Shown: in pieces, positions 36,990-49,015 of the stretch
How the letters are laid out: every line of letters starts with the position of its first letter
Position numbering within the stretch: position 1 is the stretch's first letter
Assembly (NCBI RefSeq): GCF_009834535.1
Contig: NC_045727.1
Location: forward strand, 15,996,001 to 16,060,000
DNA length: 64,000 nucleotides
Origin: Camelus ferus
Taxonomy: Eukaryota
Direction: 5' to 3'
Program-made: the position numbers and the translations under genes
Notes under the pieces: generated by a model
Database searches by the model: none
Told to the model about the DNA's origin: nothing
What the model saw: only the letters and a program-made list of their open reading frames with translations

Positions 36990-37330
36990 CCTCCTTGGAG
37001 CCAGACTGGTGAGCAGGCCGCCAGCGCGTACAGGGCACCGAGGGCGAGCTGATGCCTTCGCCGTGACGACTCCCCGCGGAGGCCTCCGCGAGTGGACGGA
37101 TGGGGCTCCTTAGCAGGAGAGGGGCTGCGCCTGAGGCCACTCCACCCTGGCAGAGGGTCCCACATTCCCACCACTCCACCCAAATAGCCTCCGGCTCAGA
37201 GCTCCGCCTACCTTCCTCCATCTCAGCGAGGCCGGGAAGTAGGGGCTCCCGGGCATGCGCAATGCGGGGTTGGGGGTGGAGGGAAGAAGAACAGACCCAC
37301 CGGGGGCCCCCAGGGCGCCTGGAACCCACA
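36990..37330. promoter_or_regulatory. CpG-rich patch with NRF1-like site
   Basis: Clustered CpGs; GCATGCGCA at 37253-37261; ccgggaagt nearby. Confidence 0.35.
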
Positions 37331-38729
37331 ATGCAGTGGGCTGGACATCATTGCTGCCCTGATGCTGGTCGCCTCTCCCAGGTGTCTCCCTCCAGGGCAT
37401 CTCAGACTCCTGATCTGGTCTGGGCCTCAGCCTCTGCATCTACATAACAATGATGTATAACCCTCAACAATAATGACTCCCACCTACCCGACTCCCAAAG
37501 TGAAGAATCTGGCAGGAACATCAATGATCATCAATAATCAATAGTTACCAGGAGCTCCCACTTAGCTCCAGGCGAGTTACCTAGAAACGCTCCATTCTTA
37601 TTTCACGATAGTCACTTGTCTAAATCCCTGTAGCCAGTGAGCAGCAATTAAATGAAACAGCCCCCAGGCAGTTCCCTCTTAGAAGGGGCCAGCACTGTTC
37701 CACTTTAAAACAATCATCTAATATTCACAGCCATGCTGTGGATTATCAGCCTCATTTTATAAGAGAAGAAACTGAGGTTCAGAGAGGGAGAGTAACTTGC
37801 ACAAGGTCACACAGCAAGTTAGAATAAGGGCTGAAACTCCAACCCAGTTATCTCCATGTTCTTAGACCAGCTGGAAGAATTTCTAGAGAGGCCGAGGAGG
37901 AGAGGCAGGACACCCCACTCAGACCACCCTCCGTCCTGCAGTATGAAGACCCCCTACTTCGTTTTGCTCAGAAGCCAGAAGCCAAATCATTCCCCTCTTT
38001 GAAAAGGAAACTTCTCCTCCTGCCCCTCCCTCTCCCCCAGCAGCTGCCCCCTTCCCTCCGTTTCCTCCCTCCCCCTCTCTCTCCCATTCTCCAGCACAAA
38101 GAGTTGCCAAGGTAACCGCATCACCAACGACTTCCCTCTTTGTCTGGGGCACTCTGAGGAAATTTATAAACCAAGATGCTGCTCAATGACCCCTGATGAC
38201 CCCCACAGGGCAGTGCAGCCCTGGACCACTCCTTCAAGGACCCCTCACCCCACCCCACCCATTTCAGCAAATTATACCCTGGTGGCAACTCCTGCTCACA
38301 AACTTCAGGTCCCAAGATGCAAGAGGCTGGGGTCCGGGGGGAGGTGTTTTGGGCGTCAACTTTTAGAAAATAAACTGCAGAAACACTGCGGGAGGAGGCA
38401 CAAAGAACACGCTATGTGCTTGGCACTGGGCTGGACATTGTGTATGGTTCAACTGATAATGCCTACTATGTGCCTGAAACTGCAAAGCACCTTGGGTGCA
38501 CTGCAAATAGCACCTACTAGGTGCTTAGGCCTTTGCTAGACACTGAATGGGCACAGACTACGGTCCCTACTATGGCTTCCCTCTGTGCTAAGAGGATGGA
38601 GAGGTGTTGGCCAATGAGGTAGATCTGAGAACTAATCATGGAGGGTAGGCATTTGAGCCAAGCTCTGGAAATCCTACTTGGACATACAACGAATAAGGGT
38701 TGGAAAAATTAGATACCGGGGAAATTGAT

Positions 38730-39006
38730 ACTCTCTGAGGGATAACCATGTACCAGGCAAGACCCTTGCACTAAGCAACAAAGTCAGGATATGAAGTCAG
38801 ATGCATCTAATTCCACGTCCCCTTGCCCCTGCTAGGGTATCTGATGATATTTCTGTTGGCAGAGCTCCCACCAGCCTGAGGTGGACAGAGGGCATGAACA
38901 AGAAGTCAATTTTTGCTGTTTTGTGCCACTAAGATTTGAGCCACCCTGATTAAGATTTAGGAGCTGTGTGTTACTGGAGTATATCCCAACCCTTTCTGAC
39001 TGTTAC
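38730..39006 (+). mobile_element. MaLR LTR fragment (old MLT1)
   Basis: ttttgctgttttgtgccactaagattt...tgtgttactggagtatatcccaaccctttctgactgttaca. Confidence 0.6.
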
Positions 39007-39029
39007 ACCAGCAGTCCAAATCAAAACCC

Positions 39030-39270
39030 TGAGCCTGGCTCTCATTAGCTAGATCAGTTCATAAGTCCCACCACTGAGCCAATCACCAGAGGCCAAGGGC
39101 AGGAGTGCTCTGACCGGCTTAGGTTCACATGCCTGCCTCCAGATGTGGGAGAAGGGCATGCAGCTCCACTTAAACTGGTAGACTGGGGATGGCGGAGGAC
39201 TCCTTAAGAAAGTGGGGTGCTGTCACCGGAAAAAGGAAGAGATGCTAAAGAGGCAAAACCAATAGATGTC
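39030..39270 (-). mobile_element. MaLR LTR fragment (MLT1K/L-like)
   Basis: cactgagccaatcaccagaggccaagggcaggagtgctctgaccggcttagg. Confidence 0.6.
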
Positions 39271-40664
39271 CACTTTAGGGGCCTCGTGGCAGGGTGCTGC
39301 GCTGCTGCATGTCTTCCCTCAAGTATCCCTTTACTTTAATTACACTGGACTCCTCCCACTCAAAACATTCTACTTTTACTTTCTTTGTTTTCCCTTATAA
39401 CATCTACTGCCCTCCATATACTATACAAATCTTAATTATCTTCCCCCATCACTAACTAGACTGTAGCTTCAATGAAGTGAGGAATGTGTGTCTGTGTCCA
39501 CCGCTGATCCCCAGGGCAATCCCTGCACACAGGAGGTGCTTCATCAGAATTTGGTGAATAGCTGCATCTATGAAAGGAGGTGACAGTTCAGTTGGCAACA
39601 CAGCTCAGACATGCCCAAAATTTTTTTCAGAATATTTGAGCCTCTCATTTTGGGAGCCAGCACTCCACTCCGTACAATCTTACAGGATAAGCATGCATGG
39701 AAGAAGGAAAGGTTGATGGGGAGCTTCCCCCCAAAAGCCATTTTCTGCAGAACTTAGCCAAGGGTTGTGGGGTGAGGCCCCAAATCAGAAGGACCTCAAA
39801 TCAGAAATCCTCAACCCTGCCCCTTGCAGCCTCTAGTCCCCTGGATCTACCAGGAACAAGGGTCCAAGAAACTCGGAAGCCAAAAGCAGGGGTCCTGGGG
39901 AGCCAGCTTGCTGGGGCGGTTCTGTCTCATGCTGCTACTGCTGCCCCTGCGGGTTCACCTCCCCAGGTATGATAGATGCTTCCAGCTGAGCTTTTTTCCT
40001 CTACTTTTTGGATTCTGCTCTGGAATTTTTTTCTCCTTGGCCTTTTCCTGGGTCAATGCAGTCCTGATATTTGATTTACTGTTAACGGTATTGACTGCAT
40101 AGGATTGAGCCAAGAAATGGAAGAAATTGCTTTTTCGATCTTTCTAGCTCCTGGTTGACAACTCAGTCTTAGCGCCGGTTTGGCCAAGCTTGGCCAATGC
40201 TCTACACAGCAAAGGGAGTGGGTTTTTGTGCCTTTGTGGCTGGAATGTGACCCAGGGAAGGAAATGAACAAAGGATTGTCAGCTAAAGAGGGTCCCGCAC
40301 CTGCCTCCCAGCCAGGTTTTCCCTCCCAGATAAGATAAAGGCTTGGAGAGGTGGTGCTTCCAAGTCAACCAGCCTTGGATTGAAGCTGTGTGGCCTTGGG
40401 CAAGTCACTTAACCACTCTGAGCCTCTGTTTCCACATTCATCTGATGGAGGTATAATATCCTCCTTACAGGTGAACTGTAAAGTGATCATGCATGAGAAA
40501 CCCTTTGAACTGAGTCTGTCATCATAAAAGCAGAATCTTCTGTATCTGTCATCACCATCATCTTCACAATCATTATTACTGCGAGATTGCTGTTCTGTCC
40601 AAATACAGAAACAAGCACTCACTCTATTTAGAGAAAATGACATAGGAAGCCTGGAGATTTTTTG

Positions 40665-41160
40665 ATATTTATTTATTGTGATTAAATGAACATAACATAA
40701 AGTTTACCATTTTAACCATTTTAAAGTGTACCATTCAATGGCATTAAGTCCATTCACATTGTTGCACAACCATCACCACCATCCAATGCCAGGAATTTTT
40801 CCTCTTGCAAAACTGGCACTCTGTGCCCATTAAACACTAATTACCAGCTTTCCCCTCCCACCANNNNNNNNNNNNNNNNNNNNNNNNNNNNNNNNNNNNN
40901 NNNNNNNNNNNNNNNNNNNNNNNNNNNNNNNNNNNNNNNNNNNNNNNNNNNNNNNNNNNNNNNNNNNNNNNNNNNNNNNNNNNNNNNNNNNNNNNNNNNN
41001 NNNNNNNNNNNNNNNNNNNNNNNNNNNNNNNNNNNNNNNNNNNNNNNNNNNNNNNNNNNNNNNNNNNNNCGTGTTTATCCATTCTTCTGTGGACGGACAC
41101 TTGAGTGTCTTCCACCTTTTGGCTACTGTGAATAATGTAGCTATGAATATGAATACAGCC
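40665..41160 (-). mobile_element. L1 3' end (L1MB-like), gap inside
   Basis: cataacataaagtttaccattttaaccattttaaagtgtacc...ttgttgcacaaccatcaccacc; ccaccttttggctactgtgaataatg. Confidence 0.9.
40864..41069. other. Assembly gap (206 N)
   Basis: Run of N inside L1. Confidence 0.99.
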
Positions 41161-41164
41161 TAGA

Positions 41165-41570
41165 GTTTTTTTGTATTTTTTACTGAAATATAGTTGTGCT
41201 ACAATATTATATAAGTTACAGGTATACAACATAGTGATTCACAATTTTTTAAAGTTATACTCCATCTGTAGTTATTATAAAATATTGACTATATTCTCTG
41301 TGTTGTACAAAATATCCTTGTAGCTTATTTTATGCATAATAGTTGGTATCTCTTACTCCCCTACTCCTATATTGCTCCTCCCCACTTCTCTCACCCCGCT
41401 GGTAACCACTAGTTTGTTCTCTGTATCTGTGAGTCTGCTTCTTTGTTATATTCACTAGTTTGTTATATTTTTTTAGATTCCACATATAAGTGTATCTGTA
41501 TTCCACATATATGCAGTATCTGTCTCTGTCTGACTTCTTTCGCTTTGCATAATGACCTCCAAGTCCACCT
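41165..41570 (-). mobile_element. Younger L1 3' UTR (laurasiatherian type)
   Basis: tactgaaatatagttgtgctacaatattatataagttacagg...ggtaaccactagtttgttctctgtatctgtgagtctg. Confidence 0.9.
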
Positions 41571-42029
41571 CGCCCAGAGATTTTTAAGATGTAGTAATAA
41601 TACTCTGTCTTCTCTCAGATGAGAGTTTAGCTGCCCCTGTTCCTCGGTGTTCTCAGCAAATATTCAGAGCTCCTCTCCTGGACCACACATGAACTCACGC
41701 TCAGGAAATATCATGATGAGCAAGGCAGACACTGCCCTGCCCTCCCAGAGCTCACAGCCTTGTGGGGGAACAGATGAACAAGCACACATCCAAGAAGAGA
41801 CATTGTGACAAAGTGTATTGAGTGATAGGAGGGGGAGAAAAGAGGAAGCTGTGAAAGAAAAGGGGAGGGCATTGCTTTATCTGAACTGGAAGGATGCTCG
41901 TAGGAGGAACCTCCAGGATAAGCTCATTCCCAGTAAAAGATGAAAGCCGTCTGCACAATGGCAGGGAGTTTCTGCCATTCAACACCCAATTATCAAAGAG
42001 AACACGGTTACAGTGATCTGCGGCATACA

Positions 42030-42672
42030 CCGTGCCAGCTCATGCCAGCCCATGAGAGCCGATGGCTAAATTTCCAGGAATTTTGTGGACCGGTTGTGAA
42101 ATGTGCCCACGATTAAAAATTAAATTACATAAACTTATAATTAAATAAAGTAAGCAAAACTTATCACTTCCTAATTATTTGACCACATTTTATTATCATT
42201 GCTCTTGAAGTTGTTTACATCCATCGCTCCTATCTGGTGGAAACCCACCTGATGGTATCTGCGCATCTCCCAACTCCACTCTCCACGACATCACATTGGT
42301 AGCTTGAAATCAGCCCCAATAGGAATATTTCCAGACATTAGTAAATGCTCCAAGCCAGGGTTTGATTTATTATTGTTTTTATTCTCTAGAAAGTGATGTA
42401 AAAAAATCTTAATAAAGCAGGTTGAACGTAAAGATAGGGTGTGTCCATTGCTGTTCTGTGTGGAAGCACAAACAGTGGAGGAAATATTCTTCCAGCCTTG
42501 GAAACCCATTATTCAATTCAGGAAGCAGTTGCCCACAACACTGATGAACCAGTGAAGTCCCAACATCTGTCTCTGTTGTTTTGTTTTTCTTACCCTCAAC
42601 ATAAACAAACACATTAACCGTGACTCATATTAGAGCTACATGTTAAATGTGAAACATGTACCAGCACACTGT
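42030..42672 (+). mobile_element. MER63 (hAT-Blackjack) DNA transposon
   Basis: gagagccgatggctaaatttccaggaattttg...ttggtagcttgaaatcagcc...gaggaaatattcttccag...taccagcacactg. Confidence 0.85.
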
Positions 42673-42921
42673 GGGGCCGTTACAATGCCTTTAAAATTAA
42701 AAACAAGAGCTAATGGGTTTTTGGTTTGGGTTTGGTTTGGTTTTTACTATTTCTGGACATGGAAAAGCATTTAATGAAAGGTAGTTTGTCACTTCAAGGT
42801 AGTGGGCCATTCAGGTGGTCTGTGAGGACACTGGGTTGGAGTGTCTGAAATCAGGGCTGCTCCAGAAAACCCTCAGAATCATCATTCTTAGAGTAACAGC
42901 CTGACAATATCAACTGGTTGG

Positions 42922-43070
42922 CGGTGGAGGCAGAAATAGGTCAGTGATAGACACGTGCTTAGCACGCACGAGGTCCTGGGTTCAATTCTCAGTACCTCCA
43001 TCAAAAATAAACAAAGAAATAAACCTAATCCCCCCCAAAATAAGTATGTCATTAAAATGTTAATTTAAAA
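42922..43070 (+). mobile_element. Camelid-type tRNA-derived SINE
   Basis: gtgcttagcacgcacgaggtcctgggttcaattctcagtacctcca plus A-rich tail; diverged 16-bp TSD. Confidence 0.85.
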
Positions 43071-43369
43071 AAAATCAGCTAGTTGGTAGAAGGACCGATG
43101 GCTCAGCTGATTCCACTCTGCCACTGTCCATGCGTAAGCTCGGGGAGTTTTCTGAGCCCCAGGTTCCTCCTCTATAAAAATTAGGATAAGATGCCTTCCT
43201 TGACCACATCCCAGAGAGGTGTGGGAATTAGGCACCGCTGAGTGAGTCGGGACTCATCTGGACGCGGGTGATAGACAGCCAATGTAAACTAGCTCAGGAG
43301 AGAAAGGGGGGATTCACTGGTTCTCAACATTTGGATACTGGGGTAGTTCAAACATTCAAAGGAAAAGCT

Positions 43370-43700
43370 CTTGTTTCTCTCTTTTCTCTCATCTCATGAT
43401 GGTGGTTTCACTCACCTTCTCCAAATACACCTTCTACCTTCTCCGTGTGGCTGGTACCTGCCCTCCAAACTTAAGTGGAGGAGAAGCTTCCTCCAAAGGG
43501 GTCCATGTATCAATCCCACAGATGGGCTCTCATTGGCCTTCCTTGGGTCACGTGTTTGTCTCTTGCACCAATCACCGTCACCAGAGGGATAAGACTCTGT
43601 GATTGGTCAGACCTGGGTCATGGGACCACTTCTGCAGCCAGGGTGGGCGGAATCTCTTTCTAGAGGAAGGGGGTTGGGAAAGCTTTCTAGGCAGATAAAA
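43370..43700 (-). mobile_element. MaLR LTR (MLT1K/L-like)
   Basis: ctctcattggccttccttgggtcacgtg...accaatcac...ctgtgattggtcagacctgggtcatg. Confidence 0.7.
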
Positions 43701-44269
43701 TTCATCAGTCCTCTCCAGGAGGTGAACGTGTGCTGGAAAGATTAAAGCAATAAGCATGAAGGATGAGAACAATTATTCTCAGAATAAAGGGACAAGGTTG
43801 TCTGTATCTTACACATGGACTTAATTCATTTAACAAACCATCTTTTCATGGTGTAAAATTGATCCCGTAGCTCCAGGCTGGAAACCCGGCAAAGACCTCA
43901 AGACCCAGGTCCTGCCCACATCCCTGGACTCTTTTTGGACCTCTCATCTCTCACAGTGCCCCGGCCCCAGTGGGCTTCAGTTTCACACTGTGTCTCTCCC
44001 TTTCCTTCCTCAAAATCTTTCACATGTGTTTCCTCTGCCTAGAATGTTCTTCCCCCTAACTCCTTAACCCCAATTCATCTTTCTAATCTATTTCCCTCTT
44101 AAGCGTCATAGACAATAGAGACATTTGTCTTGCTCACAGGACATCCCCACGGCTGAACCACAGCACAAGGCACAGAGTAGATACAAAAAAAGCATTTCTG
44201 AAATGAATAAATAAATGAGCATTTATTATTCCAAGGATAAAGGTGTCACAAATTCCCTGCCTTTACGCA

Positions 44270-44850
44270 CAGATTCATTCATTCTTTCATTCTGCCAATA
44301 CCGCGTGGGCTGGGAGATACAACAGTAAACAAGAAGGCCTTCTTGCCTTCCAGGAGATCCCGGTTTAATGGGAGAAGGTGGCAGAGAGAGTCACACAGGG
44401 AAGTGGCACAAAGTGAGCATGAGGGCAGGGACACCGAGGGAGCAGAGAACACAATTTGGGAAGACAGCAAACACTTCCCAGACAAGGTGAAGCCCAAGGT
44501 AAGTCATAGATTCATAGAAGTTAGGTGAGTGAAGGGGGCAGATCTAAGGGGGTGGTACTGGGGTGGGAAGGAGGTAATTCCAGGCAGAGGGAAGAGTGAT
44601 GCAAAATTTGGAGGCTCATTGGACAAAACACTGTTTGCAGACAGAGAGGGAGAGAGAGCGCACACGCACATCGTAGCGGGAGGTTTGTAAGGATTCGGGA
44701 GGCTGACTCGGGAGAGACTGAGGCACGAGGCATACCCAGAACGGCCTTGCAGCCATCCTAAGGAGACTGGACTTGATCCAAATGGGGCCATCAGATCCCA
44801 CTGAAGTATATTAAGCAGGAGCATGGACATGGCCACACTGTGTATCACAG
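44270..44850 (-). mobile_element. L2 LINE fragment
   Basis: ttcattcattctttcattc...ttgccttccaggagatccc...agccatcctaaggagactggacttgatcc. Confidence 0.7.
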
Positions 44851-46189
44851 AGGACCTCTTCAGGTGGTCCATCACCTACGGGACACAAGGTAAGATTAAT
44901 ATCACTTTAAGGGCTTCAATTTAGACAAACTCATGATTCCATGGGAGGGGCAGATGGGGAGGTCTGACAAGGTCCTGCCTTTGGAGTCGATATTACAATC
45001 CCTGCCATTTAGAATCCTCACATTCTAGGTTCCCAGAAGCAAAGACTCATAGAAATAAGAGAAACCCTGCCTCTTAGACCCAGGGAAAGGGAGGCACAGC
45101 ACCTCCGTCTTGCACAGAACAGGAGGATGCAAGGTGGACGCCTAAAGTCACAGCATTGCAGAGACCAGGAATCACAGAATTAGAAGCCAATAACATCTCT
45201 CTTCACCAGCACAGGGGACTCAGTGGCGTTCGGTAGCCCACACCCTATGAAATGACACAGGAATCCTCTCGGGAAGGTGGCCTTGGTCTCCCTAAACCTC
45301 TTTCATGCACGGTCCCACTGGGGCATCTGGTCACCCTCCCATGGCTGCCTCTTATGAAGTGCCCACCCTACACCCTGTCTGAGCTACCCCTCACAGCCTT
45401 CTGACCTCTGACCCACTCCTTCCTGCTGGAGCATGAATATTTTCTTAGCTAGCATCGGTCCTTAAAGATAAATGCAGTTTTATTTCTCCCTCGCCTCCCA
45501 GGGTGCCAGAGTTCAACTCAATTTTCTTAGATTAAATAAAATTTCAAAGTGTCAGTCTCTGGCAAACGACGAGTTGGAAGGTGGTTGATTTTCCTAACCC
45601 GATCGCCAGTCCAATTACAATTTTTAATCTATATGTAGATAATGGTGAACAAAACCCCATAGAAATGTCAAGAGTGAGGAGGTTATTAGCTTAGTTTTAA
45701 TTACTGTCCATCATTCTTAGCAACTGGAGGGACCCAGCAAATTAGGGGAAGGTGGCATTCCTCCGGAAGAGTTCAGCCAGGCCCCTGGGCTGCGGTTCTA
45801 GGAAACCATCCCCGCAAGGAGACAGTCCAGGAAGCAGCCAGCGCACATCCCCCACACCAGCCCCGCCGCGAGTTCCTGCCCAGGGAGGCCTGCGACTTGG
45901 ACTTGGGCAGAATCAGTCACAGCTGCTGATGCGATGTGACCGCAGACCTCCCTCCTCCAGCATCCCTCCAGGCTGCGCGCCTCTCCCCCGCGCTCCCACC
46001 CTCTTTGTGTCTAAAATATACCTAGAGGTTATTCTTTTGTCTTGATGATAAAAGTAACGCATGCTCATTGTAGGAGGATGTTTGGAAAATTGGGAAAAAT
46101 GAAATGGAGGAAAGAAAAAAAACTTATCCTAATCTCACCTACTAAAACAACTGTTAATATTTGGGGTTATTTCCAGTATTGTGAATGTG

Positions 46190-46410
46190 TGTATACATAT
46201 ATACGTACATACATATGTACATGCATACACAAATAAATAAAATAAAACATATAATACAAGTATCTATATATAAAATATGTAATAAAATAAATATACACTT
46301 AATATTAAATTTATGGTACAGTGTATAATTATAATATGGTCTTAATGTATATTTATATTAGTATAAAAATAATTATAATTAAATTATAATATATGATGTT
46401 ATAATTATAC
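46190..46410. repeat. AT-rich low-complexity tract
   Basis: tatacatatatacgtacatac...ataattataatttaaattataatata. Confidence 0.85.
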
Positions 46411-46439
46411 ACACACAGTTTGGAATTATATTACATGTG

Positions 46440-47000
46440 GCTTTTTACATCCTTATCATAAACAGCTTTTCATATCATGACTGTTACTTGCAAACATCAT
46501 TTTAGTAGTTGCAGAATATTCTATAGCTCAGACACATTTCACTAATCCATCCTTTATTTTTGTATATACAAGTCAACACGTATTTTAATAGAGATGTGAC
46601 AATACTTTATGTTTCATATTGCACTCTGGTTTTTTTTCACTTAAGCTGTTTTTCATGTTGTTATGAATTCTGTGACTATCATCTTAATAAACGACTCAAC
46701 CTCTAACAAGTATTTTTGAGGATTAATCTGTGCCAAGCACTGTGCAAATTCGGGAGATGTAAAAATTAGAATCCAATAACCATTAGAATCTTTTAGGGTG
46801 CCTGTCCTTATGAACCATACCTTTCATTAAACTGAATATATATACTAATCAAATTAGCCATTCCATTACTGGAGATTTGGAGGGATTAATGTTTCTCATA
46901 TTTGTGCAGAACACTGCCTTGAAAATTTTTGTACATAAACTATTATCTCTATTCTGAAGGATTTCCTTCTTATAAATGCCCCAGAATGCAAGGAATGGGT
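46440..47000 (-). mobile_element. Ancient L1 (L1ME-like) fragments
   Basis: gcagaatattcta..., ccattactggagatttgg..., atttccttcttataaatgccccagaatg...gggtctaaggg. Confidence 0.55.
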
Positions 47001-47539
47001 CTAAGGGTATTTAATATCTTCAAAGTTCTCAATGAGAAATCTAGTTTCTACTTAAATGAAGTTTTAGGAGTCAAATTGATTTGTGACCTAAAGTAAACAC
47101 ACACAAAAAAAATCACATAAAATTAGACCCTCTGTTTTAATTAATTAGAAACAGTGTTATTTTTAATGTCTTAAAGGTTGTCAAAAAGATGTGGTGAAAG
47201 AATAATATCTTATTCATGAACAGAGATGGGCAGTTTTTTAAGTTGCTCACCTTCATCACTTTATTTGTGGAAAAAAGAAAGAGAATTGGAATAAAGATAT
47301 TAAGCATATAGGCAGCATGAATACAGCAACCACTGGGTGCTTGAGAGGGCCACAAGAGATGTTGTGCGTATCAGTGTGACACAGGATGGTGCTGATGAGA
47401 GACTATTATCAAGGCTAAGCTGATGGTACCAGAAAGTCCCAGATCTCAGGGAGCTCACTATTTATTAAGTATCCACATGTAGCAAATCTCTGATGGCCAA
47501 ACTTTGGACTTCCCTTCACTCAAGAGATTAAAAATAACA

Positions 47540-47720
47540 TTTCAGGCTTTCTTGGCAACACATTAAACTTAGCTGGGGTGCTTTTTAAAATTACCAGTGG
47601 CTGGGCGCCTCCCTTACAGGTTCCATATCTGTGGCTCTGGGTGTGGTCTGGGCACCAGTATTCGTAAAGCTTCCCCAGTAGATCTAACATACGGCCAGGG
47701 ATGAAGACTCTCTCTGGGTG
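47540..47720. mobile_element. MER5B-like hAT-Charlie element
   Basis: gggtgctttttaaaattacc...gggtgtggtctgggcaccagtattcgtaaagcttccccagtagatctaac. Confidence 0.75.
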
Positions 47721-48679
47721 TAATCCTCCACAAATGGGGGCTGGACACGCACCCCATTGATCTCTCCCCACTTTGGCATTCTAAAATTTCCCCAGCCCTC
47801 TGCTCGCATGATAATGAGGCTAATGGCCAATCAAGCTTTAATGAGGATTGATTCGTTTATTAAGCTGCAATTACATGCCAGGTGCTTCCCGCTCCCCAAG
47901 CCCAGGGAGACTCAAGGGCAAGCAGGATGTGGCCTGGGAACGGCTGGGGATGCAGGGACAGAGAGAAGGCAGAACATCATCAGGGGTTCACAGGGGGGAC
48001 TTGGGGTCCAAGCGCCAGGGGAATCCCAGTGGCAGAGCAAATAAATACCAGCATTGAATGAGTCTGGGAAAACTCAAGTCTGAATCACTTGAGTGTGTGG
48101 GGGTCCCCTCAGAGCATGGACAACAAGGTTCTGGTGGAGAAAGGGCTGGAAGATGGGTTGGGCAGAGGGGAAGGGGCAGTCTGTTAGGGGAAAAAGCCCA
48201 ACCAGAAGCAGAGGGCACTAGGGAGAGAGCCCACTCAGTTAGGCAAACTATCAGGGTCCTTCCTGAGACTCTAGGCTTCCAGAAGAGCCCCCTTCCCTGT
48301 AGTCCCATAGAAGAACTGGTATGAAAATCAGCAAAATTGATGTGAACGTTCCTTGAGGAGAGGGGTTAAGGTTTAGGAAGGGATTTGATGGCCAACCACC
48401 CACTCCTCTTCTTCTGCAGGGAGTCCTTGCAATATACCCCAAAACAATATCCAAACAGGTAGCCAAGTTCTTCTTACTGACAGCTGGACAATCACCCAGT
48501 CCTCCTGCCCCTGGCCCAGTGAAAAGCTCAGCTAAAGGATGCAGCAGGGAGGTGGAAGCAGGCACTTCGTGAGCCAACAGGTCCTCTCTCCCCAAAATCA
48601 GGGCGTAAAGCTCATTCATCCTGAGACATTCAGGGCTCCGCATCCTGGAGGCACACTGTAAATATTTCCAGGCATGAGG

Positions 48680-49015
48680 AATGGGAACGGGATGGGTAGG
48701 GATGACGTGGAATGGGGTAGAAAAAGGAGTGAAGTGGAGAGAGTTGTGTGAACAGAATAAAACGGCGCGCAGCAGAGTGGAGTGGGATGACAGAGTGCGA
48801 CATGGGACAGGGTGTAACAGGGTAGGACAGGATGGAGAGGACGGAATAGAATGGGAGGCATTAGAATGGGAGGGGCTAAAGTGGAATGGACTGGAATGGG
48901 ATGGGATGAGATGGAGGGGTGGGTGGAATGGGACAGAATGAGGTAGAATCAGATAGTACAGGATGAGACGGGATAAACGGAATGGAACAGAAAGGGGTGG
49001 AATAGAATAGGCTAG
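48680..49015 (+). repeat. Degenerate pentamer repeat (GGAAT/GGGAT/AGAAT)
   Basis: gtggaatggactggaatgggatgggatgagatgg; purine-skewed, 5-bp period. Confidence 0.8.

Noticed and set aside
39967-40061. 95-nt intron-like segment after MLLLLPLRVHLP
   Set aside because: Splicing leads to a stop within a few codons; no credible signal-peptide gene
44851-44889. 39-nt exon-like segment with AAG|GTAAGA donor
   Set aside because: Lies at the edge of an L2 fragment and has a poor acceptor tract
48680-49015. Periodic repeat as a CRISPR-like array or a coding W/G/E-rich ORF
   Set aside because: Eukaryotic simple repeat with no repeat-spacer structure; the ORF composition follows from the repeat
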